64,000 nucleotides of DNA from Ruminococcus sp. UBA4240 (lineage in GTDB: Bacteria > Bacillota > Clostridia > Oscillospirales > Ruminococcaceae): contig DGXE01000024.1 of NCBI GenBank assembly GCA_002395525.1, forward strand, positions 18,692 through 82,691. The letters are read 5' to 3'. Positions 10,005-19,766 of this stretch are shown here, piece after piece. The position numbers were made by a program, and so were the translations under genes. Positions within the stretch are counted from its first letter, which is position 1. The number at the start of each line of letters is the position of its first letter. The notes beneath the pieces are model-generated. The model was given only the letters and a program-made list of their open reading frames with translations, made no database searches and had not been told where the DNA came from.

Positions 10005-11176
10005 TCACCCGCTACTTTTTTCATAGTCTCGATCACTTTATCTTTATATCTTACTACATCTGCAATAACAACCTTTTCCATAGCACGGATATATCGTTCC
10101 ATATAATCAAAATCAGGTGTTCCGTCTGATTTGATGGGAATAGTAATAAAACATTCTTTGATTCTGTCCCATGTCGCCTTCTTTTCATACGAAAAACGCT
10201 CTTTTGTTAATTTTTCAATACAACGTGCAAGATATAAAAGACTATGTTCAGTAACATCATCAAATGTAGGTTGTATAAGATAAGCATCCCATAAAACTGC
10301 GGTTGCTTGGGGTTGAACATATACTTTGCCCGTTGCAACTGCTCCGTTCTGAATAACATCTATACACATACTCTGAGTGTTCCAATCTTCTTTTCTACCA
10401 TAGAACATGATTCCATTATCGCCTAATTTTGCGTTTATCAGAGGAATACAAAACTCGTCTGTAGGTATTGAAGAAGTATCTTTTCGCTTATCAAAATCTG
10501 CTTTTTTACACTTTGCTTCTACTTTATCAAACAGTTCACTTATCAATATATCTGTAAACTCGACCTTTTCAGATAATACTTTCTTATCATCTTCGGTCAT
10601 TTCATAATCATTCAGACCTGTAGCCTGTAAATACGCATCCAACTCTGTGATACGGTCATGCTCCAACTCTGTGATACGGTCATGCTCCAACTCTGTGATG
10701 CGGTCACGCATATACTGCCAATCAATATCATCGACTGTGTATTCGTGGTCAGGATTAGGGTTTTCAATGACAGGAAGTTCGATTATAGTATTATTCACTC
10801 TTGGCACGAATTCTCTAACAAGATAACTCTGATAATACGCACTATGCTTATTCAATACGCTGATAAAAAATAATGCAAGAGTTTCATCAAAATTGACAAA
10901 TTTAGGAATAAGAGTCTTTGTGAACTGACCCGCATAAAAATCGTGAGTCATATAGTGAAATTTCATACTAATCATTCCAACAGCAAGACTATTACCTGTT
11001 ATCTTGTGGTCTTCATCTAAATATTCAACATATCCGAGAATTCCATTATTATTTTCTGTTCTTGTAAAATACGGATATTGAGCATCTTTGGAAAATGTAA
11101 AATTCTCCTTATCTAACTGAGGATTGTTAATTACATCGAACAAATCGCTTATGTAAAATGTTTTATTCATCAGCAC
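10001..11176 (-). CDS. HsdS-like DNA specificity subunit with two target-recognition domains (BcgI-B-like)
   Basis: 391 aa. The two-TRD architecture has a central helical spacer containing the DRITELEH x3 repeat. Overlaps the upstream methylase gene by 14 nt. Confidence 0.7.
   Translation of the reverse strand: MLMNKTFYISDLFDVINNPQLDKENFTFSKDAQYPYFTRTENNNGILGYVEYLDEDHKITGNSLAVGMISMKFHYMTHDFYAGQFTKTLIPKFVNFDETLALFFISVLNKHSAYYQSYLVREFVPRVNNTIIELPVIENPNPDHEYTVDDIDWQYMRDRITELEHDRITELEHDRITELDAYLQATGLNDYEMTEDDKKVLSEKVEFTDILISELFDKVEAKCKKADFDKRKDTSSIPTDEFCIPLINAKLGDNGIMFYGRKEDWNTQSMCIDVIQNGAVATGKVYVQPQATAVLWDAYLIQPTFDDVTEHSLLYLARCIEKLTKERFSYEKKATWDRIKECFITIPIKSDGTPDFDYMERYIRAMEKVVIADVVRYKDKVIETMKKVAGE
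10638..10709. repeat. 24-bp tandem repeat x3 inside the specificity gene
   Basis: TCCAACTCTGTGATACGGTCATGC occurs at 10638-10661 and 10662-10685 as perfect copies. The third copy at 10686-10709 has 2 mismatches. It encodes (H/R)DRITELE x3. Confidence 0.95.
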
Positions 11177-13181
11177 TCACCTGACCATTCAGAATAGCAG
11201 ACACTTTCCATGCCAGATAATCAGCAACGGTTTTCTTGAAATCCTCTTCAGTCGGTGTAGTATCAATCTTCTTATGCTGATTGAATGTCCAGTCATCACC
11301 ATTCAGAGTGATAGTGTCCTTGATAACCTTACCATTGGACTCAGTATAGTAATCCGTCTTCGGCTTCTTACCAAGGCAGATAGCAACTACTTCGTCATAA
11401 CGCTCTAATGCGTGGTCTGTATTACGCAGATTTACTTCCTGTGTGGACTTCTTACGATTCTGTCTTGAATACCCGTCTTCCGAGAAATCAATGAATGTTA
11501 CCACATCATCTTCTTCGTGTGGGCGGTTTACTTTAAACAGATATATGGCAGTCTGTACAGATGACTTACCGCTGAACAGATCAGCAGGCATACGTATACT
11601 TGCAAGCAGGGTGTTTCTTTTTAACAGTCTTTGTGAGTATACATCGCCCTGACCGCTGCCGGCATTTTCCTGTATCAGAACCGCACCATATCCTTTTTCC
11701 ATTCTTGATAATGCCTCATCAACGAAGATAAGACCTTTGCCCTGTGCTGAATAAGGCGGGTTCAAAAGGAATACATTTGCAGGAAATTCCTGCTTATCAA
11801 TCTCTTTATGAGAGTCACCACAGATAACCTGTGAAGAACCATCACCCATCAGTATCATATTAAGGACGGCAAGGATATAGATATTACCGAGGATCTCGAT
11901 GCCGAGAAGCTGCTTTGATTTAATATTATCAATCTTTTCAGCAAGAGCATCTTTATCCTTGATTTTCGACTTTGCATCGGCGATCATCAGATCCATACCT
12001 GATACAAGGAATCCTGATGAACCCATACAGGTATCCCATACGAATGAATCCATATCTGTTCTACAGATACGAGCCATCAGATTTGTGACGAAACGAGGAG
12101 TGAGGACTACATCATTAAGTCGGTCATTATCAATAGCTACCCAGTCGTTGAGGGAATTGAGTATCTTGCCTGTAAAGTCAAGATGAATATTGCTTTCAAG
12201 AAGCGGCAGTATCTCATTCTTAATCTGCTTATAAACAGATTTGATGATACTTTCGCCTTTGTTCGGTTTCCAAAGATTACGCTTATCAAAAACAGGTTTC
12301 AGATAATCTACAACCATTTTGATTTTATCATCGGAACATTTCTTTTTACGAAGAAATGATTTAGTACGAGCAATAATCTTTGTACCATCATTATCATCAG
12401 TATCATCATTACTGTCAAAATCATCAACTTCCAAAGGCTTAACGCCTTCAGTAGTAAGACCTGCCATGATAAGACCGCAGAAAAAATACAGTTTATCATT
12501 TGTGGAAAGCAGATTTTTAATTTCATTATCATCGTAGATACGCTGATGAATATCTTTTATGCTCTTTTCAAGAAGTTCCTCTTTGCTGCGCTTTAACTTT
12601 TCAAGTTCAGCATCCGTAAGATTAAGAGTATCGAGCATAGCGAAGAAATCATCAATATTCCTGTCTGCCATCATTACAAAATCGAAATCTTTGATTTCCT
12701 TCGGAATACCATTATTCTTCTGTGATACATAATAAGCCTTGATCTCGGGATCAGATATGATTCCATTTTCACCGACAGTTGTTCCGTTGATACCAACAAT
12801 AATGACTTCTTTATATGTACCTTCTGCAAGAATAGCATTGCCATAATGCAAAGCGCCATTGACTGCAAAATTTACAACGGCACTATATGGATTCTTGCCG
12901 CCTGATACAAGTTCAATGTCACCATTCTTTGTCAGTTTCTCCAGTTTTCCTTTAGAGCCTTTTGCTTCGGTCATAACAGGAATATCCCTGCGTGTTTTGT
13001 TCTGCAAAAGTATCTTTATATCGGGATAGTTGTTTCCACCATTTCCTGATTTTGAGTCAGCATTTTTAAGAGCATAGTCAATAGAACGATTGATGGATTC
13101 GGTCTTTCCGTAATGTCTGATTTTCAGGTTGTCAAGTTCTGCCTTGTAATATTCCTCAACTTTTTCTTCAACACTTGCCAT
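11163..13181 (-). CDS. fused PD-(D/E)xK nuclease-like domain plus gamma-class N6-adenine DNA methyltransferase (BcgI-A-like Type IIB RM subunit)
   Basis: 672 aa. Motif I is FVWDTCMGSSGFLV and motif IV is LLNPPYSAQG. The N-terminal 180 aa or so carry P53-D54...E72-A-K74 (YPDIKILL...VMTEAKG). No HsdR is present in the window. Confidence 0.6.
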   Translation of the reverse strand: MASVEEKVEEYYKAELDNLKIRHYGKTESINRSIDYALKNADSKSGNGGNNYPDIKILLQNKTRRDIPVMTEAKGSKGKLEKLTKNGDIELVSGGKNPYSAVVNFAVNGALHYGNAILAEGTYKEVIIVGINGTTVGENGIISDPEIKAYYVSQKNNGIPKEIKDFDFVMMADRNIDDFFAMLDTLNLTDAELEKLKRSKEELLEKSIKDIHQRIYDDNEIKNLLSTNDKLYFFCGLIMAGLTTEGVKPLEVDDFDSNDDTDDNDGTKIIARTKSFLRKKKCSDDKIKMVVDYLKPVFDKRNLWKPNKGESIIKSVYKQIKNEILPLLESNIHLDFTGKILNSLNDWVAIDNDRLNDVVLTPRFVTNLMARICRTDMDSFVWDTCMGSSGFLVSGMDLMIADAKSKIKDKDALAEKIDNIKSKQLLGIEILGNIYILAVLNMILMGDGSSQVICGDSHKEIDKQEFPANVFLLNPPYSAQGKGLIFVDEALSRMEKGYGAVLIQENAGSGQGDVYSQRLLKRNTLLASIRMPADLFSGKSSVQTAIYLFKVNRPHEEDDVVTFIDFSEDGYSRQNRKKSTQEVNLRNTDHALERYDEVVAICLGKKPKTDYYTESNGKVIKDTITLNGDDWTFNQHKKIDTTPTEEDFKKTVADYLAWKVSAILNGQVSADE

Positions 13182-13224
13182 AATATCGATCCCTTTCGCT
13201 AAAGTGGAGAAACCTCCTTATTAC

Positions 13225-13253
13225 ATTATAGCACATAATTGTGGGAATTTCAA
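13225..13253 (-). promoter_or_regulatory. sigma-A type promoter for the R-M operon
   Basis: The minus strand reads TTGAAA (13253-13248), 17-nt spacer, TATAAT (13230-13225). An AAGGAGG RBS lies downstream. Confidence 0.6.
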
Positions 13254-13265
13254 CTGATTAATAGT

Positions 13266-13296
13266 GAAAAGAAAACCGCCTGCATTTGCAGGCGGT
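13266..13296 (-). terminator. rho-independent terminator after nadB
   Basis: ACCGCCTGCA / TGCAGGCGGT stem, followed on the minus strand by TTTTCTTTTC. Confidence 0.7.
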
Positions 13297-13310
13297 ACAG
13301 CTTGTATTTA

Positions 13311-14762
13311 TTATAATGTTTCCTTCAGCACGATGTATGCCACCGTAGCAAGGGACTTTGCCTCCACATAGTCACGGTCGATGATGTAGTTCCCCTTTTC
13401 AAGGGTGTTCTTTATCTCGCAGACCTGTTCAAAGCCCTCCACAGCCGCCTGCTTGTCGGGAATGACAAAGTAGGCTCTCTGCATGATGTGGCGTATCCTT
13501 GTGCGCAGTCCTGTGGGGATGTGCTCCGCATTTTCCGGCTGTGTGAAGGTGTATTCCGGCACGGTCACATCAGGGTCATATTTCTCTGCAATGTCCTCTG
13601 CGGCACGTCTGCCGAATACAAGCGCCTCCAGCAGGGAATTGGATGCAAGGCGGTTATTGCCGTGAACTCCCGTGCAGGAGCATTCGCCTACCGCATAGAG
13701 CCCCTCAATGTCAGTGCGGGCATAGGTGTCAACGGCTATGCCCCCCATGAGGTAGTGCTGGCAGGGGTATATGGGGATAAGGTCATGCCCCATGTTGATG
13801 CCCTGTGTCAACAGGAACTCGAATATCATGGGGAAGCGCTGATGCAGGAACTCCTCTCCCATGTAGCGTATGTCAAGGAAGAATTCATCGCTGCCTGTGC
13901 GCTTGCTTTCAAGCATGATGGAGCGGGACACCACATCACGGGGAGCAAGCTCCAGGCGGTCATCGTACCTGTCCATGAACCGCTCTTTGTTGCAGTTGAG
14001 CAGATACGCACCCTCGCCTCTCACGCTCTCGGAGATAAGGAAGCATTCCCTTGAATGTTTGTCCGCATAGGCGGTGGGGTGGAACTGTATGTAGGACAGA
14101 TCCTTTATCGTCGCCCCCAGTGCATAGGCGGCGGTGATGCCGTCACCTGTGGCAATGGCGGAGTTGGTGGTGTAGTCGTATACACGGCCTATGCCGCCTG
14201 TGGCAAGCACCATGAAGCGGGAGGTGAAGGTGATATGCTCCCCGTCTTTCAGCACATCCACAGCAAAGCCGCTGCCGTTCCTCTCCAGACGGCACATAAG
14301 GGCAAAGTCCAGCATAGTCACATTGGGGAGCTGCTCCACAGTCTCCCTGAGCACCTTTGTTATCCGTGCCCCGGTGGAATCCCTGTAATGGAATATCCTG
14401 CGCTTTGTGTGGCCGCCCTCCAGGGTGCGGTCAAGCTCCCCTGTCTTGTCACGGTCAAAGTCAACTCCCAGCTGCAGCAGATGCTCTATCTCCTCTGCTG
14501 CACGGGTGACCAGCACCTGTACTGCGGCAGGGTCGTTCTTGAAGCCCCCCGCAACAAAGGTGTCGTTGGTGTGTATGGCGGTGGTGTCATCGTCAACGGG
14601 CTTGTAGACAGCCGCAATGCCCCCCTGTGCCAGGTGGGAGTTGCAAAGCTCCTTTTCCCGTTTGCATATGAGCAGCACTTTAAGGTGTGAGGGCAGGGAA
14701 AGGGCGGTGTAAAGACCCGCTGCACCTGCCCCTGCGATTATGACGTCGTAATTTGTATCCAT
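13311..14762 (-). CDS. nadB: L-aspartate oxidase
   Basis: FAD-binding N-terminus DVIIAGAGAAGLYTAL, succinate dehydrogenase/fumarate reductase-type flavoprotein fold, about 480 aa. The start at 14762 is preferred (GAAGGA RBS). The ORF track start is 14780. Confidence 0.8.
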   Translation of the reverse strand: MDTNYDVIIAGAGAAGLYTALSLPSHLKVLLICKREKELCNSHLAQGGIAAVYKPVDDDTTAIHTNDTFVAGGFKNDPAAVQVLVTRAAEEIEHLLQLGVDFDRDKTGELDRTLEGGHTKRRIFHYRDSTGARITKVLRETVEQLPNVTMLDFALMCRLERNGSGFAVDVLKDGEHITFTSRFMVLATGGIGRVYDYTTNSAIATGDGITAAYALGATIKDLSYIQFHPTAYADKHSRECFLISESVRGEGAYLLNCNKERFMDRYDDRLELAPRDVVSRSIMLESKRTGSDEFFLDIRYMGEEFLHQRFPMIFEFLLTQGINMGHDLIPIYPCQHYLMGGIAVDTYARTDIEGLYAVGECSCTGVHGNNRLASNSLLEALVFGRRAAEDIAEKYDPDVTVPEYTFTQPENAEHIPTGLRTRIRHIMQRAYFVIPDKQAAVEGFEQVCEIKNTLEKGNYIIDRDYVEAKSLATVAYIVLKETL

Positions 14763-14804
14763 TTCCAATCCTTCTATCATATCCGGAGGAGAGCCCTGTC
14801 AGGC

Positions 14805-15965
14805 TCATTCATCCCCCAGAGGAAATACCTCATCATGGGCTATCTCTGCAATGTGTTCGGTAGCGCCCTTTGCATCGTCTATGCTGCCGCAGCCGTCAAC
14901 CCCGTTGGACGTCCACATACAAAGCCCGTTCCAGCCGTTGTTGTAGGCGTTTTCGTAGTCCTCATAGCAGGTGCGCCCGCTTTCACTTAGCACCGCAAAT
15001 TCACCGATGACAGCGGGCTTTGTGTGTGTAAGCCCGAACTCTGCGGGGGTAGTCTCAAAGGGGTACCCCATGTAGGAATACTGCCAGTAGTAGTAGTGGG
15101 GGCAGTCATAGTCAAGGTAGGCGCTTTCCCCCGCAAGGGAGCCCAAGTACTCATCGGAGAAGTAGTTTCCGTCGTACTTGTCGGAGGTGTACTTTATCAT
15201 GCCCAGCCCCACGGTCACAAGCTCATCGGAGTTGTCGTGTATGGCTGCGGCGCACCTTGCAAAGAAGGTGCAGAGCACATCCCAGTCTATCTGGCCGCAC
15301 TCGGCGTTTTCCTTTATCCAGTCGGGCTCGTTGCACAGGTCTATGCTCCACAGGTAGGGGTTTTTGCCGTATCTCTCGGTAAAGGGCAGCACATAGCCGT
15401 CTATGTAGGACTGTGTGCCCTCCTCGCTGCTGACCATAGTGCGGAAGTTCTCGTAGCCCACGTTGCTGTCCTTGAAGTGGTCAAAGGACAAAAGGGTCGC
15501 CATGATGTAGATGTGGTGCTTTTCCGCCAGCTCAAAGAGCTTGTCCAGATCCTTCCAGTGCTTGCCGGAAACGGACTGGAGGATCCCGTCCTTGTCCACC
15601 TTCAGAGTGGATGTGCCGGAACAGTTTATCCATATGCGGGAGGCGTTCACGCCGCTTTCGTGCAGCTTTGCGAAGTGCTCGTCCCAGAAGGTCTCGTTGA
15701 ATGCGCCCCCGAAGTCGTTCCATTTGTCCCAGGGGGTGTTGACCCCGTTTATGAAAAGGGTCTTGCCGTCCACGGTGAAGCGGTTTCCGTCAACTCTGAT
15801 GACAGTTTTGTCATAGTCGGCGGAGGAGGCGGCTGTCTCGGCAGTCCCGGCGGCGGAGGTGCTTGTCTCCTGTACGTCCGCAGGAGCAGTATTGCAGCCT
15901 GCCATGCCTGTCACAGTGACAACGGCGCATACAGCCGCAGCCGCTCTTTTAATTGTGGACTTCAT
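14805..15965 (-). CDS. lipoprotein glycoside hydrolase, clan GH-A (GH5-like, possibly beta-mannanase)
   Basis: Lipobox VTGMAGC. FINGVNTPWDKWNDFG, DLCNEPDW (acid/base Glu) and AVIGEFA (nucleophile Glu). Confidence 0.65.
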   Translation of the reverse strand: MKSTIKRAAAAVCAVVTVTGMAGCNTAPADVQETSTSAAGTAETAASSADYDKTVIRVDGNRFTVDGKTLFINGVNTPWDKWNDFGGAFNETFWDEHFAKLHESGVNASRIWINCSGTSTLKVDKDGILQSVSGKHWKDLDKLFELAEKHHIYIMATLLSFDHFKDSNVGYENFRTMVSSEEGTQSYIDGYVLPFTERYGKNPYLWSIDLCNEPDWIKENAECGQIDWDVLCTFFARCAAAIHDNSDELVTVGLGMIKYTSDKYDGNYFSDEYLGSLAGESAYLDYDCPHYYYWQYSYMGYPFETTPAEFGLTHTKPAVIGEFAVLSESGRTCYEDYENAYNNGWNGLCMWTSNGVDGCGSIDDAKGATEHIAEIAHDEVFPLGDE

Positions 15966-15996
15966 ATGTCGCTCCTTTGTGCCATAAAGGTGGCTG

Positions 15997-16170
15997 TTAG
16001 TCTATTCTATCGCCAAGGTTTAATTCCAAAAGCTCCGGGACAGCATATCTTACACGTTCTATCAAAGCATCAAGTGAGCCGGATTCAAGAACAAGCCCGG
16101 GAACATCCCTGCTTGTAGCGACCCAGACGGCAGCTTCGCTGTCCCACAGCATATCTATTCTGTAATTCAT
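15997..16170 (-). CDS. DUF1902-like small protein (HicB-N-terminal-like fold)
   Basis: Manual translation gives a 57-aa product, MNYRIDMLWDSEAAVWVATSRDVPGLVLESGSLDALIERVRYAVPELLELNLGDRID. A GAGGGA RBS precedes it. It is too short for the ORF track. Confidence 0.5.
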   Translation of the reverse strand: MNYRIDMLWDSEAAVWVATSRDVPGLVLESGSLDALIERVRYAVPELLELNLGDRID

Positions 16171-16309
16171 TGTCTATCCCTCGATTTTAAATACTTGTGC
16201 TCCTGTGCTGTCTATTCTGCTTACGCATTTTCAATATCTCTCCCCGGTTCGTCACCGCTCAGATTGAAAATGGATTTCGTTCTCCGAAAGGAAACGGATG
16301 AGATTCCTC

Positions 16310-17269
16310 TCAGAAATACTTGTGTCCCCTTGTAAGCCTCAGCAGAAGCTCCAATCGCACGCTGTCACGGTATTCCGGGCGCACCATGTAGTAGACGTAG
16401 GTCTCCAGTATGTTTATATCCGGGACACTGCGCCCCTCTATCTTGAAATTGCGGTACCCCATGGGAACATATCTTTCGTATATGGCACCGGGGGAGATGT
16501 GCAGCGGGGAATCCGTGGTCTGATAAAGGCTTTTCAGCATACAGTCGCACATGAAGGGCTCCGGGTCGCACATCTGATGATGCTCTTTCAGGTAGTCCGC
16601 ACACTTTATCTGGGAGCGGCCTATGGAGCGGTAGTGCTCCCCTCTGCGGCGGCAGTGAGGGGTGCAGCAGGGGTTTATGAGCAGCTCGCACTTCTCCTTG
16701 TGGGGGAGATCTTCGAGCAGGTCAAAGTCATTGTTGAAATTGTAGTCCAGCACCACAAGGGAGTAGTTCCGCTCCAGCTCTTTTATAAGGTCTTCACGGC
16801 TCTCTATCTGCTTGCAGGTGGAAGAGGTTATCTTCATGCCGGGGAAGTTTCTGCGGATGTGCTCCTCCAAATAGGGGAGAAAGACAATGGCTTCGTTAAG
16901 CCCGTTGTCCGCCGCCTTCATGACTGCATTGCAGAAGGGGTCATTCAGGTGCTTTCTTTCAAGGACAGGGTTTGTGAGGGTAAAGCGGCAGGGTATGCCA
17001 CGGTCATTGAACTGTTTGAGCATCTCCCGCATGACACGTCCTTCCATAGGTCCCTGTATAAAGCGCCCCCCGTTCCAGATCATGTTGGGGAACGCCCCGT
17101 ATACCGAGCCTATGGAGATGTTGTCATAAAACTCCTCCGGATGCTTTGCGAGATAGTCCGCAAGGATGATATTCAGCTTGAAATGCCGTACAAAGTCCGG
17201 CAGATGGAAATATATCTTATCCATATCCTGTCCACTAAAACTATCACGGCGCTGCGGATGACAGCTCAT
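16310..17269 (-). CDS. conserved hypothetical Cys-rich protein directly downstream of atpC
   Basis: 319 aa (304 aa if the start is MDKIYF at 17224). Contains a CCTPHCRRRGEHY...C...CDPEPFMCDC cluster. No family was recognised. Confidence 0.5.
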   Translation of the reverse strand: MSCHPQRRDSFSGQDMDKIYFHLPDFVRHFKLNIILADYLAKHPEEFYDNISIGSVYGAFPNMIWNGGRFIQGPMEGRVMREMLKQFNDRGIPCRFTLTNPVLERKHLNDPFCNAVMKAADNGLNEAIVFLPYLEEHIRRNFPGMKITSSTCKQIESREDLIKELERNYSLVVLDYNFNNDFDLLEDLPHKEKCELLINPCCTPHCRRRGEHYRSIGRSQIKCADYLKEHHQMCDPEPFMCDCMLKSLYQTTDSPLHISPGAIYERYVPMGYRNFKIEGRSVPDINILETYVYYMVRPEYRDSVRLELLLRLTRGHKYF

Positions 17270-17679
17270 CCGTTATTGCCGTTGTTTTTAACGCTCAGCC
17301 TGTTGAGGGCACGTTTCAGCTTCATCTCCGCAAGGTCGATGTCATGCTGATTTGCCTTTTCTTCAAGTCGTCTGCGGGCATCCTCCTCGGAGCGGCGTGC
17401 CCAGTTCTCGTCGATCTCATCAGCCCATTCAGCCGCATCCACGAATATGCGCACACGGTTGTAGCCCACCTTGACTATGCCGCCGGAAACTGCCGCAACA
17501 CGCAGCTCTCCCTCTCCCTGACGCACCTTCAGCGCCCCGGGAGGAAGTGCGGCAACAAGGGCTATGTGTCCCGCAAGTATGCCGATGTCGCCCTCGGTGG
17601 AGCGCACTATGACCTCTGTCGCCTCATCATCGAAAAACACCTTTTCCGGGGTGAGCACAGTCAGCTTGAAAGGGGTCAT
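17266..17679 (-). CDS. atpC: F1 ATP synthase epsilon subunit
   Basis: 137 aa, LTVLTPEKVFFDDEATEVIVRSTEGDIGILAGH pattern, last gene of the atp cluster. Confidence 0.9.
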   Translation of the reverse strand: MTPFKLTVLTPEKVFFDDEATEVIVRSTEGDIGILAGHIALVAALPPGALKVRQGEGELRVAAVSGGIVKVGYNRVRIFVDAAEWADEIDENWARRSEEDARRRLEEKANQHDIDLAEMKLKRALNRLSVKNNGNNG

Positions 17680-17680
17680 A

Positions 17681-19105
<1,425 letters not shown>

Positions 19106-19555
19106 CTATTTCAACGATTTGTTATAATCCTCGAACCAGTCTTCAACAGTGACACATTTAACATCCGTAAACTGCTTAAGCTGCTTGTCATTGGTCAGAA
19201 ACAAGTCACATCCATACACAACAGCAACAGCTAATTGTAACGAATCCATGGGTTTAAAGCTACTGTAAGTTGCTCTTATCTTTGCAGCCATTTCTGCAAT
19301 GTCGGTGTCAATCTTGATGAGATCTACACCATAATCTTCGATGAATTCAAAAAACACATCCACCTTAGCAAGATTACCGGTACGATAAGGATGCACAAGA
19401 TACTCCATGCAAGTTACAGCAGAGGTCAGGACTTCTTTTTCAGATACATAGACCTCTTTGAAAACTGCCTTGGTGAGTTCTCCATATTGTTCATTATCAT
19501 CAAGGAAGTAAATCAACGGAGTTGTATCAAGAAAAATACGTTTAAACTCTGTCAT
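19106..19555 (-). CDS. PIN-domain ribonuclease toxin (VapC-like)
   Basis: 149 aa with the N-terminal FLDTTPLIYFLD acidic motif and a later TNDKQL motif. It overlaps the upstream antitoxin gene by 14 nt. It is visibly AT-richer than the flanking atp genes. Confidence 0.75.
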   Translation of the reverse strand: MTEFKRIFLDTTPLIYFLDDNEQYGELTKAVFKEVYVSEKEVLTSAVTCMEYLVHPYRTGNLAKVDVFFEFIEDYGVDLIKIDTDIAEMAAKIRATYSSFKPMDSLQLAVAVVYGCDLFLTNDKQLKQFTDVKCVTVEDWFEDYNKSLK

Positions 19556-19766
19556 TCGAGCGCAGCTCCTCTATATATCGGTCTATATCCTCGGCTGTAT
19601 CGAACATCTTTTTCCCTCTCCCCATGTATTTGTCGAGGTCGATGTCCCTTTTCTTCTCATGGGTGCTGTCAAGTATGGTTATGATAACCTTTTGACCGGC
19701 AGAGAGAGAAACCTTTTCATCCATTACAATACGTTCGCCGTTGTAATAACCATTTACAGAAAGCAT
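19542..19766 (-). CDS. AF2212/DUF104-like antitoxin (VapB-type partner of PIN)
   Basis: MLSVNGYYNGERIVMDEKVSLSAGQKVIITILD fits the DUF104 pattern. An AAGGAGGA RBS precedes the ATG at 19766. The ORF track start at 19808 is probably too early. Confidence 0.6.
   Translation of the reverse strand: MLSVNGYYNGERIVMDEKVSLSAGQKVIITILDSTHEKKRDIDLDKYMGRGKKMFDTAEDIDRYIEELRSNDRV

Noticed and set aside
10001-13181. Classical Type I R-M system (hsdM-hsdS)
   Set aside because: There is no hsdR. The methylase has a nuclease-like N-terminal extension. A Type IIB (BcgI-like) interpretation fits better, though an orphan Type I M.S pair cannot be excluded without a database search.
9046-13260. Calling the low-GC island a defined mobile element, prophage or ICE remnant
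   Set aside because: No integrase, transposase, tRNA target or flanking direct or inverted repeats could be identified by eye. It is reported only as a compositional island.
15024-16118. 364-aa plus-strand ORF
   Set aside because: It is entirely antisense to the well-supported GH lipoprotein gene. It has a Gly/Val/Ala-rich composition typical of antisense frames in GC-rich coding DNA and no RBS.
16298-17350. 350-aa plus-strand ORF
   Set aside because: It is antisense to the 16310-17269 gene and the atpC end. The same shadow-ORF reasoning applies. The minus-strand frame has the coherent gene order and overlaps of the atp cluster.
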